In this document: piece by piece, positions 1 to 8,662 of the stretch
Position numbering within the stretch: the first letter of the stretch is position 1
How the letters are laid out: each line of letters opens with the position of its first letter
Assembly (NCBI RefSeq): GCF_019510245.1
Contig: NZ_JAEKKT010000203.1
Coordinates: forward strand, 5,639 to 69,638
Length of the DNA: 64,000 bases
Source: Streptomyces sp.
GTDB taxonomy: Bacteria; Actinomycetota; Actinomycetes; Streptomycetales; Streptomycetaceae
Reading direction: 5' to 3'
The notes under the pieces: generated by a model
Told to the model about the DNA's origin: nothing
Databases searched by the model: none
The model's input: the letters and a program-made list of their open reading frames with translations, nothing else
Translations under genes and position numbers: made by a program

Positions 1-1140
1 CCGGGTCACCGAGGTCCGCCTCAGCTTGAGGGTCGCCACCAGACCGGCGGCCAGGAGGATCAGCGCGGCCGGGATCAGCCAGGAGATCTGGCTGCCGATC
101 TCGGAGTTGAACATCCGGTCCCAGCCGGTCTCGCCCCACTGGCCCGAGCCGGTGCCGCCGCCACCGCCGCCGACGCTGCCGGTCTCGTCGCCGCTGATGC
201 GGCCGAGGCCGTTGTAGCCGAAGGTCAGCGACAGGAAGCTGTTGTCCTGGGAGCCGCCGATGTAGGGGCGGGAGGACGCCGGCCACAGCTCGACGATCGC
301 CACCCACCAGCCGCCGGAGACGACCAGCGCGCCGGTCGCCAGGGCCAGCTGCCCGAGCCGCTTCCTCCAGGTGTGCGGGCCGACGGCCGCGTACACGAAC
401 GCCAGCGCCGGCAGGATCAGGAACGCCTGGAGCGTCTTGGCGAGGAAGGCGAAGCCGATCGCCACGCCCGCCCACACCAGCCACCTGGTACGCCCGTCCT
501 CAACGGCCCGGACCACGAAGTAGCAGGCCAGCGCCATCAGCAGGGCCAGCATGGCGTCCGGGTTGTTGAACCGGAACATCAGCGCCGCGACGGGGGTGAG
601 CGCGAGCACGGCGCCCGCGATCAGGCCGGCCGCGGGGCTGAACCGGCGGCGCACGGAGGCGTAGACGACCGCGACCGTGCCGACGCCCATGAGGACCTCG
701 GGGCCGAGGACCGTCCAGGAGTTCAGGCCGAAGATCCGGGCCGCGATCTCCATCGGCCACATGAACGCCGAGGGCTTGTCGACGGTGATCGCGTTGCCCG
801 CGTCCAGCGAGCCGAAGAACATCGCCTTCCAGCTCTTGGTGCCGGCCTGGACGGCGGCCGAGTAGAAGGAGTTGGAGTAGCCGTTGACGCTCAGGTTGTA
901 GAAGTACAGCACCGCGGTGGCGACCAGCAGGCCGAGGAAGGCCGGGCGCACCCAGCGGGGGTCCTCGGGGCGGCCGCGCCACAGTCTCCGTACGAAGGGC
1001 TGCTTCGGCTCACCCGCCCCCGGTGCCGGAGCCGGCCCGACGGCCTGGACGTCCGGCGCGTGCTGCGGCGGCGGGGGAGCCGTGGGGGGCGCGGTCGGGG
1101 GCGGGCCCCACTGGGTCGGGTGGTCGGTGTCGGTGCTCAT
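1..1140 (-). CDS. GT-C (ArnT/PMT-like, GT39/83) membrane glycosyltransferase, runs off the window start
   Basis: ATG at 1140 overlaps the upstream stop; minus-strand translation gives YANSFYSAAVQAG, ITVDKP, FRFNNPDA, YIGGSQDNS and many hydrophobic segments. Confidence 0.85.
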   Translation of the reverse strand, partial: MSTDTDHPTQWGPPPTAPPTAPPPPQHAPDVQAVGPAPAPGAGEPKQPFVRRLWRGRPEDPRWVRPAFLGLLVATAVLYFYNLSVNGYSNSFYSAAVQAGTKSWKAMFFGSLDAGNAITVDKPSAFMWPMEIAARIFGLNSWTVLGPEVLMGVGTVAVVYASVRRRFSPAAGLIAGAVLALTPVAALMFRFNNPDAMLALLMALACYFVVRAVEDGRTRWLVWAGVAIGFAFLAKTLQAFLILPALAFVYAAVGPHTWRKRLGQLALATGALVVSGGWWVAIVELWPASSRPYIGGSQDNSFLSLTFGYNGLGRISGDETGSVGGGGGGTGSGQWGETGWDRMFNSEIGSQISWLIPAALILLAAGLVATLKLRRTSVTR

Positions 1141-2642
1141 CGGGGGTCCCCCGGCTCGGTGTCGTGGGGGCGCACCGGCTGCAACTGCATGGTGGCGTCC
1201 CTCCAGGTGCCGTCCGCGGCTTCACCGGCGCGGAACTGGGTGGTCGTGGTGCCGTTCGGGGCGTACGTCGGGTGCGCGGGACGCTGCGGGAGCGGGCCCT
1301 GCGGCTGGTACGGCTGCCGGTACGGCTGGTGTCCGCCGGTCGGGTACGTCGGGGACGACGGGTTGTGCCGGACCACCACCGTCGGCTCCTGCGGGCCGGT
1401 GCCGTCGCGGTCCGGGAAGACCCAGGCGCGGAAGAGGAGGAAGCGCAGCACGGTCGCCGCGAGGTTGGCGGCGATCAGCACCGCCAGCTCGGTGGAGTGC
1501 GAGGGGTCGCTGCTCGCCGCGTTCAGTGCGGCGAGGGAGCCACTGGTGAGCGCGAGGCCGATACCGAAGACGACCAGGCCCTGCGCCTGGTGCCGGACCG
1601 CCCCGCCCCGGCCGCGCACCCCGAACGTCAGACGCCGGTTGGCGGCCGTGTTCGCCACCGCCGACACCAGCAGCGCGAGGGCGTTGGCGATCTGCGAGCC
1701 GGAGAACTCCCGGAAGAGGCTGTAGAGGACGAGGTAGAAGAGGGTCGACAGGCCGCCGACCACGCAGAACCCGACGAGCTGCCGGGCCAGGCCCTTCGGC
1801 ACGTCCTGGACGTCGCGGTCGCGCGGGTCGTCGCCGAACGGCCGGGTGAGCCGGTCCAGCGGCAGCCCGCCGGTCGCCAGCGCCTTGCCCACCCGCCACA
1901 CGCCCTTGAGGTCGTCGGTCGCCGTCTTCACGATGTGCACGGTCGAGTCGGGGTCGTCGACCCAGTCGACGGGCACCTCGTGGATCCGCAGCCCCGCGCG
2001 CTCGGCGAGCACCAGCATCTCGGTGTCGAAGAACCAGCCGGTGTCCTCGATGAGCGGCAGCAGCACCTGCGCGACGTCGCGCCGGATCGCCTTGAAACCG
2101 CACTGCGCGTCCGAGAAGCGGGCCTGCAGCGAACCGCGCAGGATCAGGTTGTAGGTGCGGCTGATGAACTCCCGCTTGGCGCCGCGCACCACGCGCGACG
2201 AGCGGGCCAGCCGGGACCCGATCGCCAGGTCCGAGTGGCCGGAGATGAGCGGCGCCACCAGCGGCAGCAGCGCGTTCAGGTCGGTCGACAGGTCGACGTC
2301 CATGTACGCGAGGATCGGCGCGTCCGAGGCCGACCAGACGGTCCGCAGCGCACGGCCGCGGCCCTTCTGCTCCAGCCGGAACGACTTCACCTCGGCGATC
2401 TCCGCCTCCAGCTGCTTCGCCACCTGGGGCGTGGTGTCCGTGGACGCGTTGTCCGCGATGGTGATGCGGTACGCGTACGGAAACGTTCGCTTGAGGTGGT
2501 CATGCAGTCTGAGGACGCATGGGCCGAGGTCCTTCTCCTCGTTGTAGACGGGGATCACTACGTCCAGGACAGGCGTACCGGCGTTACCGGCCGGGAGGTG
2601 CTCCCGCGCCGGCAGGGTGCCGGGAGAAGAGTCGGTTCGCAT
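1137..2642 (-). CDS. GT2 (Dol-P-Man synthase-like) glycosyltransferase fused to a GtrA domain
   Basis: VVIPVYNEE, DNASTD, YMDVDLS, DAQCGFKA motifs; C-terminal 4-TM GtrA-like region. Confidence 0.9.
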   Translation of the reverse strand: MRTDSSPGTLPAREHLPAGNAGTPVLDVVIPVYNEEKDLGPCVLRLHDHLKRTFPYAYRITIADNASTDTTPQVAKQLEAEIAEVKSFRLEQKGRGRALRTVWSASDAPILAYMDVDLSTDLNALLPLVAPLISGHSDLAIGSRLARSSRVVRGAKREFISRTYNLILRGSLQARFSDAQCGFKAIRRDVAQVLLPLIEDTGWFFDTEMLVLAERAGLRIHEVPVDWVDDPDSTVHIVKTATDDLKGVWRVGKALATGGLPLDRLTRPFGDDPRDRDVQDVPKGLARQLVGFCVVGGLSTLFYLVLYSLFREFSGSQIANALALLVSAVANTAANRRLTFGVRGRGGAVRHQAQGLVVFGIGLALTSGSLAALNAASSDPSHSTELAVLIAANLAATVLRFLLFRAWVFPDRDGTGPQEPTVVVRHNPSSPTYPTGGHQPYRQPYQPQGPLPQRPAHPTYAPNGTTTTQFRAGEAADGTWRDATMQLQPVRPHDTEPGDPR

Positions 2643-2656
2643 GGCACCGACTCTCG

Positions 2657-4282
2657 TCAAGCGCCCTGTTCCACCCATGTGGTGGCACTGTGCTGTGCCT
2701 GTGAGTGCGATTGCCAGTTGGTTTCGGGGGACGGCTGGGGAGCAGCCGGGGCCAGCGCGGGCAGATAGAGGGTGAACACCGTACGGCCGGGAACGCTGTC
2801 CACGGTGACGGCGCCGCCGTGTGCGGTCGCCACGGCCTGCACGATGGCGAGCCCGAGGCCGGTGGAGCCCGTGGCCCGCGACCGCGCGGAGTCGCCGCGC
2901 GCGAACCGTTCGAAGACGTGCGGCAGCAGGTCCGGCGGGATGCCCTGCCCGTTGTCCTCGACGTCCACGCACATCCACGGCCCGCGACGCTGGATCCGGG
3001 CGGTGACCGTGGTACCCGGCGGGGTGTGCTTGCGCGCGTTGCCGAGCAGATTGATCAGCACCTGCTGGATCCGGGCCGCGTCGGCGGCGACCAGCGCCGG
3101 CTCGTCGGGCAGGTCGAGGCGCCAGTTGTGGTCCATGCCGGCGGCGCGGGTGTCGCTGATCGTGTCGACGACGAGCGGGATGAGGTCGGTGTGCTCGAAC
3201 TGCAGCGGCCGCCCCGCGTCGAGCCGGGCGAGCAGCAGCAGGTCCTCCACGAGGACGGTCATCCGCCCGGCCTCGGACTCGATACGGCCGAGGGCGTGCC
3301 GGGTGTCGGGCCCGACCTGCTCCCTGCCCCGCCGGGTCAGCTCGGCGTAGCCGCGGATGGAGGCGAGCGGGGTCCTGAGCTCGTGACTGGCGTCGGCGAC
3401 GAACTGCCGTACCCGCATCTCGCTCTGCTGGCGGGCGTGCAGGGCGCCGTGCACGTGGTTGAGCATCCGGTTGAGCGCGGAGCCGACCTGGCCGACCTCG
3501 GTGTGCGGGTCGCACTCGGTGTCCGGCACCCGCTCGCTGAGGTTCACCTCGCCGGAGTGCAGCGGGAGTTCGGAGACGCGGGTGGCGGTGGCTGCGACCC
3601 GGCGGAGGGGGCGGGTGGCGACGTTGACCATCACGGTGCCGGCCAGGGCGGCGGCGATGAGACCGGAGACGGTGAGGCTGATCTCGACGATGATCAGGGT
3701 GTTGATGGTGCTGTCGACGTCGGCGGTCGGGATGCCGACGTAGTAGCCGCTGGTGCCGTTGCTCGCGTACTTGACGAGGTACGTGCCGAGGCCGGGCATC
3801 TCCACGCTGTGGACGCCCTGGTCCTGGGAGACGGAGTTGAGCACCTTGAGCTGGGCATCCGTGAGCGGCTTGGCACTCATCGAGAAGTCGTCGCTGGACT
3901 TCACGCCCCGCTCCGAGTCGGTGATGGCCCCGTCCACGACCTTGGCCGCGACGGTGCCGTCCGGCTGCGGGCCCTTCACGAAGTCGGAGAGGTAGGTCGT
4001 GCCGTCGGCGTTCTGGTCCTGACTGGGCCCAGCGCTGTTGGTCTTGAGCCGGCTGCCGGGCGGGCCGCCGAAGTCGCGGGGCGCCACACGCGCCGCGACC
4101 TCGCCCAGCTTGCCTTCCAACTGCCCGTACAGGTGGTCCCGCAGCACGAGGGTGGTGACCGTCCCGATCACCGCGCAGACCACGGCGATCAGGGTCACGG
4201 ACACGACGACGAGCCGGGTCCGCAGGGTGCGCGGTTTTCCCGCTCGTCGCTTCTGCGTACGCGGCCGTCGTCGCCCGCTCAT
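2657..4282 (-). CDS. HAMP-domain sensor histidine kinase
   Basis: Two TMs, H-box DASHELRTPL, N-box NLLGNARKH, DNGQG and GLGLAIV G-boxes. Confidence 0.95.
   Translation of the reverse strand: MSGRRRPRTQKRRAGKPRTLRTRLVVVSVTLIAVVCAVIGTVTTLVLRDHLYGQLEGKLGEVAARVAPRDFGGPPGSRLKTNSAGPSQDQNADGTTYLSDFVKGPQPDGTVAAKVVDGAITDSERGVKSSDDFSMSAKPLTDAQLKVLNSVSQDQGVHSVEMPGLGTYLVKYASNGTSGYYVGIPTADVDSTINTLIIVEISLTVSGLIAAALAGTVMVNVATRPLRRVAATATRVSELPLHSGEVNLSERVPDTECDPHTEVGQVGSALNRMLNHVHGALHARQQSEMRVRQFVADASHELRTPLASIRGYAELTRRGREQVGPDTRHALGRIESEAGRMTVLVEDLLLLARLDAGRPLQFEHTDLIPLVVDTISDTRAAGMDHNWRLDLPDEPALVAADAARIQQVLINLLGNARKHTPPGTTVTARIQRRGPWMCVDVEDNGQGIPPDLLPHVFERFARGDSARSRATGSTGLGLAIVQAVATAHGGAVTVDSVPGRTVFTLYLPALAPAAPQPSPETNWQSHSQAQHSATTWVEQGA
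2678..2705 (-). promoter_or_regulatory. Possible OmpR-type tandem binding repeats (CACAG) upstream of the glycosyltransferase genes
   Basis: Minus strand reads CTCACAGGCACAGCACAG just upstream of the GT2 start; similar CACAG/CTCAG repeats at about 5040-5115 upstream of the response regulator. Confidence 0.4.
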
Positions 4283-5019
4283 GAGGCGGCTGGCTTGATC
4301 AGGTATCCGGCGCCACGCCGAGTGTGGATCATCGGCTCCCGGCCGGCGTCGATCTTCCGCCGCAGGTAAGAGATGTAGAGCTCGACCACGTTGGCCTGGC
4401 CGCCGAAGTCGTACGACCACACGCGGTCCAGGATCTGGGCCTTGCTGAGCACCCGCCGCGGGTTGCGCATCAGGAAGCGCAGCAGCTCGAACTCGGTTGC
4501 GGTGAGGTGGATCGACGCCCCGGCCCGCGAGACCTCGTGGCTGTCCTCGTCAAGGGTGAGATCGCCGACGACGAGCACGGAGTCGGACCGCCGGTCGGCC
4601 GCACCGGAGCGGCGGATGAGTCCGCGCAGCCGGGCCACGACCTCTTCGAGGCTGAAGGGTTTGGTGACGTAGTCGTCGCCGCCGGCCGTGAGACCCGCGA
4701 TCCGGTCCTCGACCGCGTCCTTCGCGGTCAGGAACAGCACCGGCACGTCCGGCAGTTCGCGCCGCAGGCGCCCCAGCACGGTGAGGCCGTCCATGTCGGG
4801 CAGCATCATGTCGAGGACGACGGCGTCGGGGCGGAACTCCCGGGCGGTCTGTATGGCACCCTGGCCGTCGCCCGCACTCCTGATCTGCCAGCCCTCGTAA
4901 CGGAGGGCCATGGAAAGGAGTTCGGTGATCGACAGCTCGTCGTCCACCACAAGCACTCGGACGGGGCTCCCGTCCGGCCTCAGCAGTTCGGTGCGCCCCT
5001 GGGGCGAGGTCGTGGTCAT
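4279..5019 (-). CDS. OmpR-family response regulator
   Basis: VLVVDDE, VLDMMLP, DDYVTKPF, winged helix VVELYISYLRRK; overlaps the kinase start. Confidence 0.95.
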   Translation of the reverse strand: MTTTSPQGRTELLRPDGSPVRVLVVDDELSITELLSMALRYEGWQIRSAGDGQGAIQTAREFRPDAVVLDMMLPDMDGLTVLGRLRRELPDVPVLFLTAKDAVEDRIAGLTAGGDDYVTKPFSLEEVVARLRGLIRRSGAADRRSDSVLVVGDLTLDEDSHEVSRAGASIHLTATEFELLRFLMRNPRRVLSKAQILDRVWSYDFGGQANVVELYISYLRRKIDAGREPMIHTRRGAGYLIKPAAS

Positions 5020-5273
5020 GGTGGACACCATGTCGGGACCCTCTGAGAACACGCTTTCAGTAATCTGTGTTTTCCCTGAGAAACACACAGGCGCCTCTCA
5101 GGGAACGCCTGGGAATCCCCTCGCGTGTGCATGGACTCGTGACCGCGCTCGCGCCGGGCTGTGCGGAACATGTCCCTCCGCGGCACTCCCCGCACCGTTC
5201 ATGAAGTGCCGATGAACCGCTGATGTGAGCGTATCGCCCCGGAGCGGGTCCCGCGCGGTGAGGCTCCCCGGAG

Positions 5274-6146
5274 TCAGAAGAGCCCGTCCTGGGGTGCCGC
5301 GAACTCCCTTACGGGCACCGTGACTTGCCCTTCCTCCCCGACCCGGGCGGCGGTCAGTTCCCACCCGGGCAACAGGCGCGTGTCGAGGACGACGACACCG
5401 CGCCGGGTGGCGAGATGCAGATCCGGCCCGGCCGCCGCGACCAGCTCACCGCTCACCACGCCGCCCGGCACCAGCTCGGCCACCTCGCCGGCGGCGGCCA
5501 CCCCGTCGAGTGCGAACGCCCGCAGGTGGTCGACGACTTGGCACGGCTCGGGGACGAGCGACTCGGGCCAGCCGCCGAGCGCGACGGCAAGCGCGTGCAG
5601 TGCCTCGACCTCGGCCGCCCGCTCGGCCCGGGCGGCCGGCAGCAGGGCGCGTACGACGCGTTTGTCGCCGTACGGGATCCGGTCCGGCACCCGGAGCGCG
5701 GCCCGCAACAGCTCCTCGGCCCGCCGGGCGGCCATCAGGGGTCCGGCACCCAGCCAGCTGAAGCACACGGCCCCCTGCTCCAGCAGCCGAGCCGAACCCC
5801 TCTCGACCGCCGTGATCCCCACCTTGACCATGCCGGGCCCGAACCACGCCAGATACACGTGGTACGGCCGGGGATCGTCGGCGACGGTGTCGGCGGCCAC
5901 GGAGTGCGCCCGGTCCAGCCGCGCGCACTCCTCGCACCGGGCACCGGTACTCCTGCCGGACACGGGTGTCCGGGTCGGACAGGCATGCCCGCGCGCGCCC
6001 ACGCACTCGCGCACTCCCCCTTCGGCGACCCGGAAGGCCACCCGCTTGCCCCGGGCGAGCGGACTGTGCCGCCCGCCGCTCCACCGCAGCACGGGTCCGT
6101 CTTCGGACCACCGCAGCCCCGAGCATTTCCACACCTGTGCCATCAC
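5274..6146 (-). CDS. DUF2797-like protein
   Basis: Cys pattern CVG..HAC..CEEC, VYLAWF, KVGIT, RLLEQGA. Confidence 0.75.
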   Translation of the reverse strand: MMAQVWKCSGLRWSEDGPVLRWSGGRHSPLARGKRVAFRVAEGGVRECVGARGHACPTRTPVSGRSTGARCEECARLDRAHSVAADTVADDPRPYHVYLAWFGPGMVKVGITAVERGSARLLEQGAVCFSWLGAGPLMAARRAEELLRAALRVPDRIPYGDKRVVRALLPAARAERAAEVEALHALAVALGGWPESLVPEPCQVVDHLRAFALDGVAAAGEVAELVPGGVVSGELVAAAGPDLHLATRRGVVVLDTRLLPGWELTAARVGEEGQVTVPVREFAAPQDGLF

Positions 6147-6215
6147 TCGCGAGGGTAGAGGGCGGCACTGACAACGGCCCGGGGCGGCCGAGCCGTGGCC
6201 CTCGGTCCCTCCCGG

Positions 6216-6584
6216 TCAGCCGCCGGTCTCCGCGGCCGCCGGCTCCGCCTCACCGACGGCGGACACCGGCCGCAGCTCGGATGCGGTACGCCGTCCCCGG
6301 CCCGCCAGCCGGCACGACACGCATCCGGGGTGGCCGTCGCGGGCGCCGGTGTCCCGCGCCCTGAGGGGCCACTGCGCCCGGCGCCGCGGTCCCGGCGGCT
6401 TGCCCCACCCCGCGAGATGCAGATACCAGGTCACCAGAACGCTCACGGCACACACCGCGAGCCCCGCGATCAGGGCGGCGGCCGAAACCGTACACACGCC
6501 CAGCCCCAGCAGACCGCTTCCGACCGTCGCGATCGCGGTACCGGTCCACCCTGCCACCGTGTGGCCTTCGTCGTGCTGACTCAC
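6216..6584 (-). CDS. Small HGxxPAAW-like membrane protein
   Basis: GHTVAGWTG followed by two TM helices; divergent from MarR gene. Confidence 0.65.
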   Translation of the reverse strand: MSQHDEGHTVAGWTGTAIATVGSGLLGLGVCTVSAAALIAGLAVCAVSVLVTWYLHLAGWGKPPGPRRRAQWPLRARDTGARDGHPGCVSCRLAGRGRRTASELRPVSAVGEAEPAAAETGG

Positions 6585-6639
6585 GTACCCGTCTCCCCTT
6601 CGTAGGCAGCGGAAACACCCAGTCCGACGTAAGGGACTA

Positions 6640-6696
6640 GACTCCCTCACGGAGTGAGAAATTTACCCCCCATACCTCTCACGCGCTAAGGGAATC
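6640..6696. promoter_or_regulatory. Probable MarR operator palindromes
   Basis: CTCACGGAGTGAG and a related CTCACGCGCTAAG in the divergent intergenic region. Confidence 0.45.
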
Positions 6697-6723
6697 TTCG
6701 GATCTCCGGGAAACGGACCAACC

Positions 6724-7215
6724 ATGCACGGCAAGCCGCGACCGCCCGCGGACCCGGTCCTGGCGTTGTCCGCCATGGACCACCTCATCGCGGCCCATGT
6801 GATCGGCCAGCAGGAGCTGGCCCGGCGGCTCGGGGTGAACGTCACGGACCTCACCTGCTTCGCTTTCGTCCTGGAGGCAGGGGCCGACCTGCTGACCGCG
6901 GGCGACCTGGCCGCCCGCGCCCACGTGACGACCGGTGCGGTGACGGGCATCCTCAACCGCCTCGAACGCGCGGGGTACGTCACCCGCCGCCCCGACCCCG
7001 ACGACCGCCGCCGGGTCCGCGTCGCCGCGGTACCGGAAGCCGTCACCCGCGTCGAGGCGGTCTACGCCGGCCACTACGCCCGCCTCACCGAACTGTTCGC
7101 CGACTACACCGCCGACGAACTCGCCATCCTCACCGACTGGTTCACCCGCGCGACCACCCTCGCCCACGAATACCTGGAGAAGCTCAACGGGAACGACTCC
7201 GCGGAGCCCTGCTGA
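6724..7215 (+). CDS. MarR-family transcriptional regulator
   Basis: TAGDLA..TTGAVTGILNRLE..GYV.R..DPDDRRRV. Confidence 0.92.
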   Translation: MHGKPRPPADPVLALSAMDHLIAAHVIGQQELARRLGVNVTDLTCFAFVLEAGADLLTAGDLAARAHVTTGAVTGILNRLERAGYVTRRPDPDDRRRVRVAAVPEAVTRVEAVYAGHYARLTELFADYTADELAILTDWFTRATTLAHEYLEKLNGNDSAEPC

Positions 7216-7364
7216 TTGCAGCCGGACTCCGGCAGGAATTCTGGGGCTGTACGGGGGAAAAGGGGGACGCCGCAGCGTGCCTAGTAATCGTCCGACACCT
7301 ACCGTTCGTCATCCTGTCCGTTAAAGCCCGAGATTCGGCATCAGGACGACGAAAGGTCGGTCGA

Positions 7365-7784
7365 TTGAAGCTCGCCAAGCGTTTCGCCACGATCAGCGCC
7401 GCCGTGACGGCGGCGGTTGTCTTCGGCGCCGGCGGCGCCCAGGCCCAGAGCGGCGGGGGTCTCCTGTCCCTCCTGAGCGACATTCCGCTCCTGGGGCTGG
7501 CCGGACAGGACGGTACCTCGACCGGAGCCCAGACCACCAATAACAACAACAATAACAACAACAACGGGGGCGGTCCGAACAATAATAATAACAACAATGG
7601 GGGTGGCACGAACAACAACAATAACAACAACAACGGCGACAGCCAGACGCAGGGCAACACGACTGGCCTCCTTCCACTCCTGGGCAAGTCGCTCGTCAAC
7701 TTCCAGGTCTGCTACCCGAAGGGGCAGGTCGGGTCGAGCAATACGCTGACCGGAAACCAGAACATCAACTGCCACCAGAACTGA
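7365..7784 (+). CDS. Secreted Asn-rich protein with chaplin-like Cys-paired C-terminus
   Basis: GAAAGG RBS, TTG start, signal peptide ending AQA, three poly-Asn tracts, C-terminal VCYPKGQVGSSNTLTGNQNINCHQN. Confidence 0.75.
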   Translation: MKLAKRFATISAAVTAAVVFGAGGAQAQSGGGLLSLLSDIPLLGLAGQDGTSTGAQTTNNNNNNNNNGGGPNNNNNNNGGGTNNNNNNNNGDSQTQGNTTGLLPLLGKSLVNFQVCYPKGQVGSSNTLTGNQNINCHQN

Positions 7785-7848
7785 GGCACCGCCTCACAGA
7801 ACAGCCCGGCGACCGAGTGACCCTTCACCGGCCGCCGAGCTGCAAAGT

Positions 7849-8355
7849 TCAGCCGTTGTTGTTATTGTTGTTATTGTTCCCACCTCCGCCGTTATTGTTG
7901 TTATTGTTGTTGTTGTTCCCACCCCCACCGTTATTATTGTTGTTATTGTTGTTGTTTCCGCCTCCGCCGTTGTTGTTATTGTTATTGTTGTTGTTCGCAC
8001 CTCCGCCGTTGTTGTTGTTATTGTTGTTGTTGTTCGCACCTCCGCCGTTGTTGTTGTTATTGTTGTTGTTGTTCGCACCCCTGCCGTTGTTGTTGTTGTT
8101 GTTGTTGTTATTGTTGTTGTGGCGCCCACCCTTGTGGTGACTGTTGTTGTTGTTATTGTTGTTGTTGTTTCCGCCTCCGCCGTTGTTGTTATTGTTGTTG
8201 TTGTTGTTCGCGCCTCCGTTGTCACTGGGCGCCATCACGTGCGCGACTGTCGGCGTCGGGGCCGCGAAGGCGGCGGAGGGGGCGAGGGCGCCTCCTGCGG
8301 CCAGAGCAGCCGACGCGGTCAGCACCGCTGTACGCTTTGCGATCTTCTTGAGCAT
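7849..8355 (-). CDS. Secreted poly-Asn/Gly periodic repeat protein
   Basis: AAGGG RBS, signal peptide MLKKIAKRT...AFA, nine poly-Asn tracts separated mostly by GGGA/GGGG. Confidence 0.8.
   Translation of the reverse strand: MLKKIAKRTAVLTASAALAAGGALAPSAAFAAPTPTVAHVMAPSDNGGANNNNNNNNNGGGGNNNNNNNNNSHHKGGRHNNNNNNNNNNNGRGANNNNNNNNNGGGANNNNNNNNNGGGANNNNNNNNNGGGGNNNNNNNNNGGGGNNNNNNNNNGGGGNNNNNNNNG
7852..8220 (-). repeat. 39-bp tandem repeat (AAY)9 plus Gly/Ala codons
   Basis: Directly visible GTT/ATT trinucleotide tracts separated by CCGCCTCCGCC-like spacers. Confidence 0.95.
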
Positions 8356-8662
8356 GATGATCCCTTTTCGATGTGTACGGATCGGGCCGATTTTCCTGTC
8401 CGTTAGACCTGCCGACTCAATTGAGCACGCCAATTCGGCCCCGGAGACGCTGGTTTGAGCCGCATAAACCGGGAAATCCGGTAGCGGGACTCTTTCGCCA
8501 GCATGCCCCTGCCGTACTCGGGGCACATCGGGTGGACACCCCAAGTTCCAGCCGCCGCACCCCACATCCCAGTGCGGAATTGCCCACAGCACCCCACCTG
8601 CCCACCCTTCCCGATCGGTCTGGATCTTTTGCGCGGCTCCGGCCACGGAGGGAAAATGGCTG

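Noticed and set aside
7852-8220. Regular repeat array as a CRISPR or non-coding microsatellite
   Set aside because: No unique spacers or cas genes; variation falls at synonymous positions of an ORF with an RBS and signal peptide.
7184-8458. Alternative-frame poly-Leu, poly-Thr, poly-Val and poly-Cys ORFs
   Set aside because: Shadows of the AAY tracts; only the Asn frames have an RBS and signal peptide and make the AAC/AAT variation silent.
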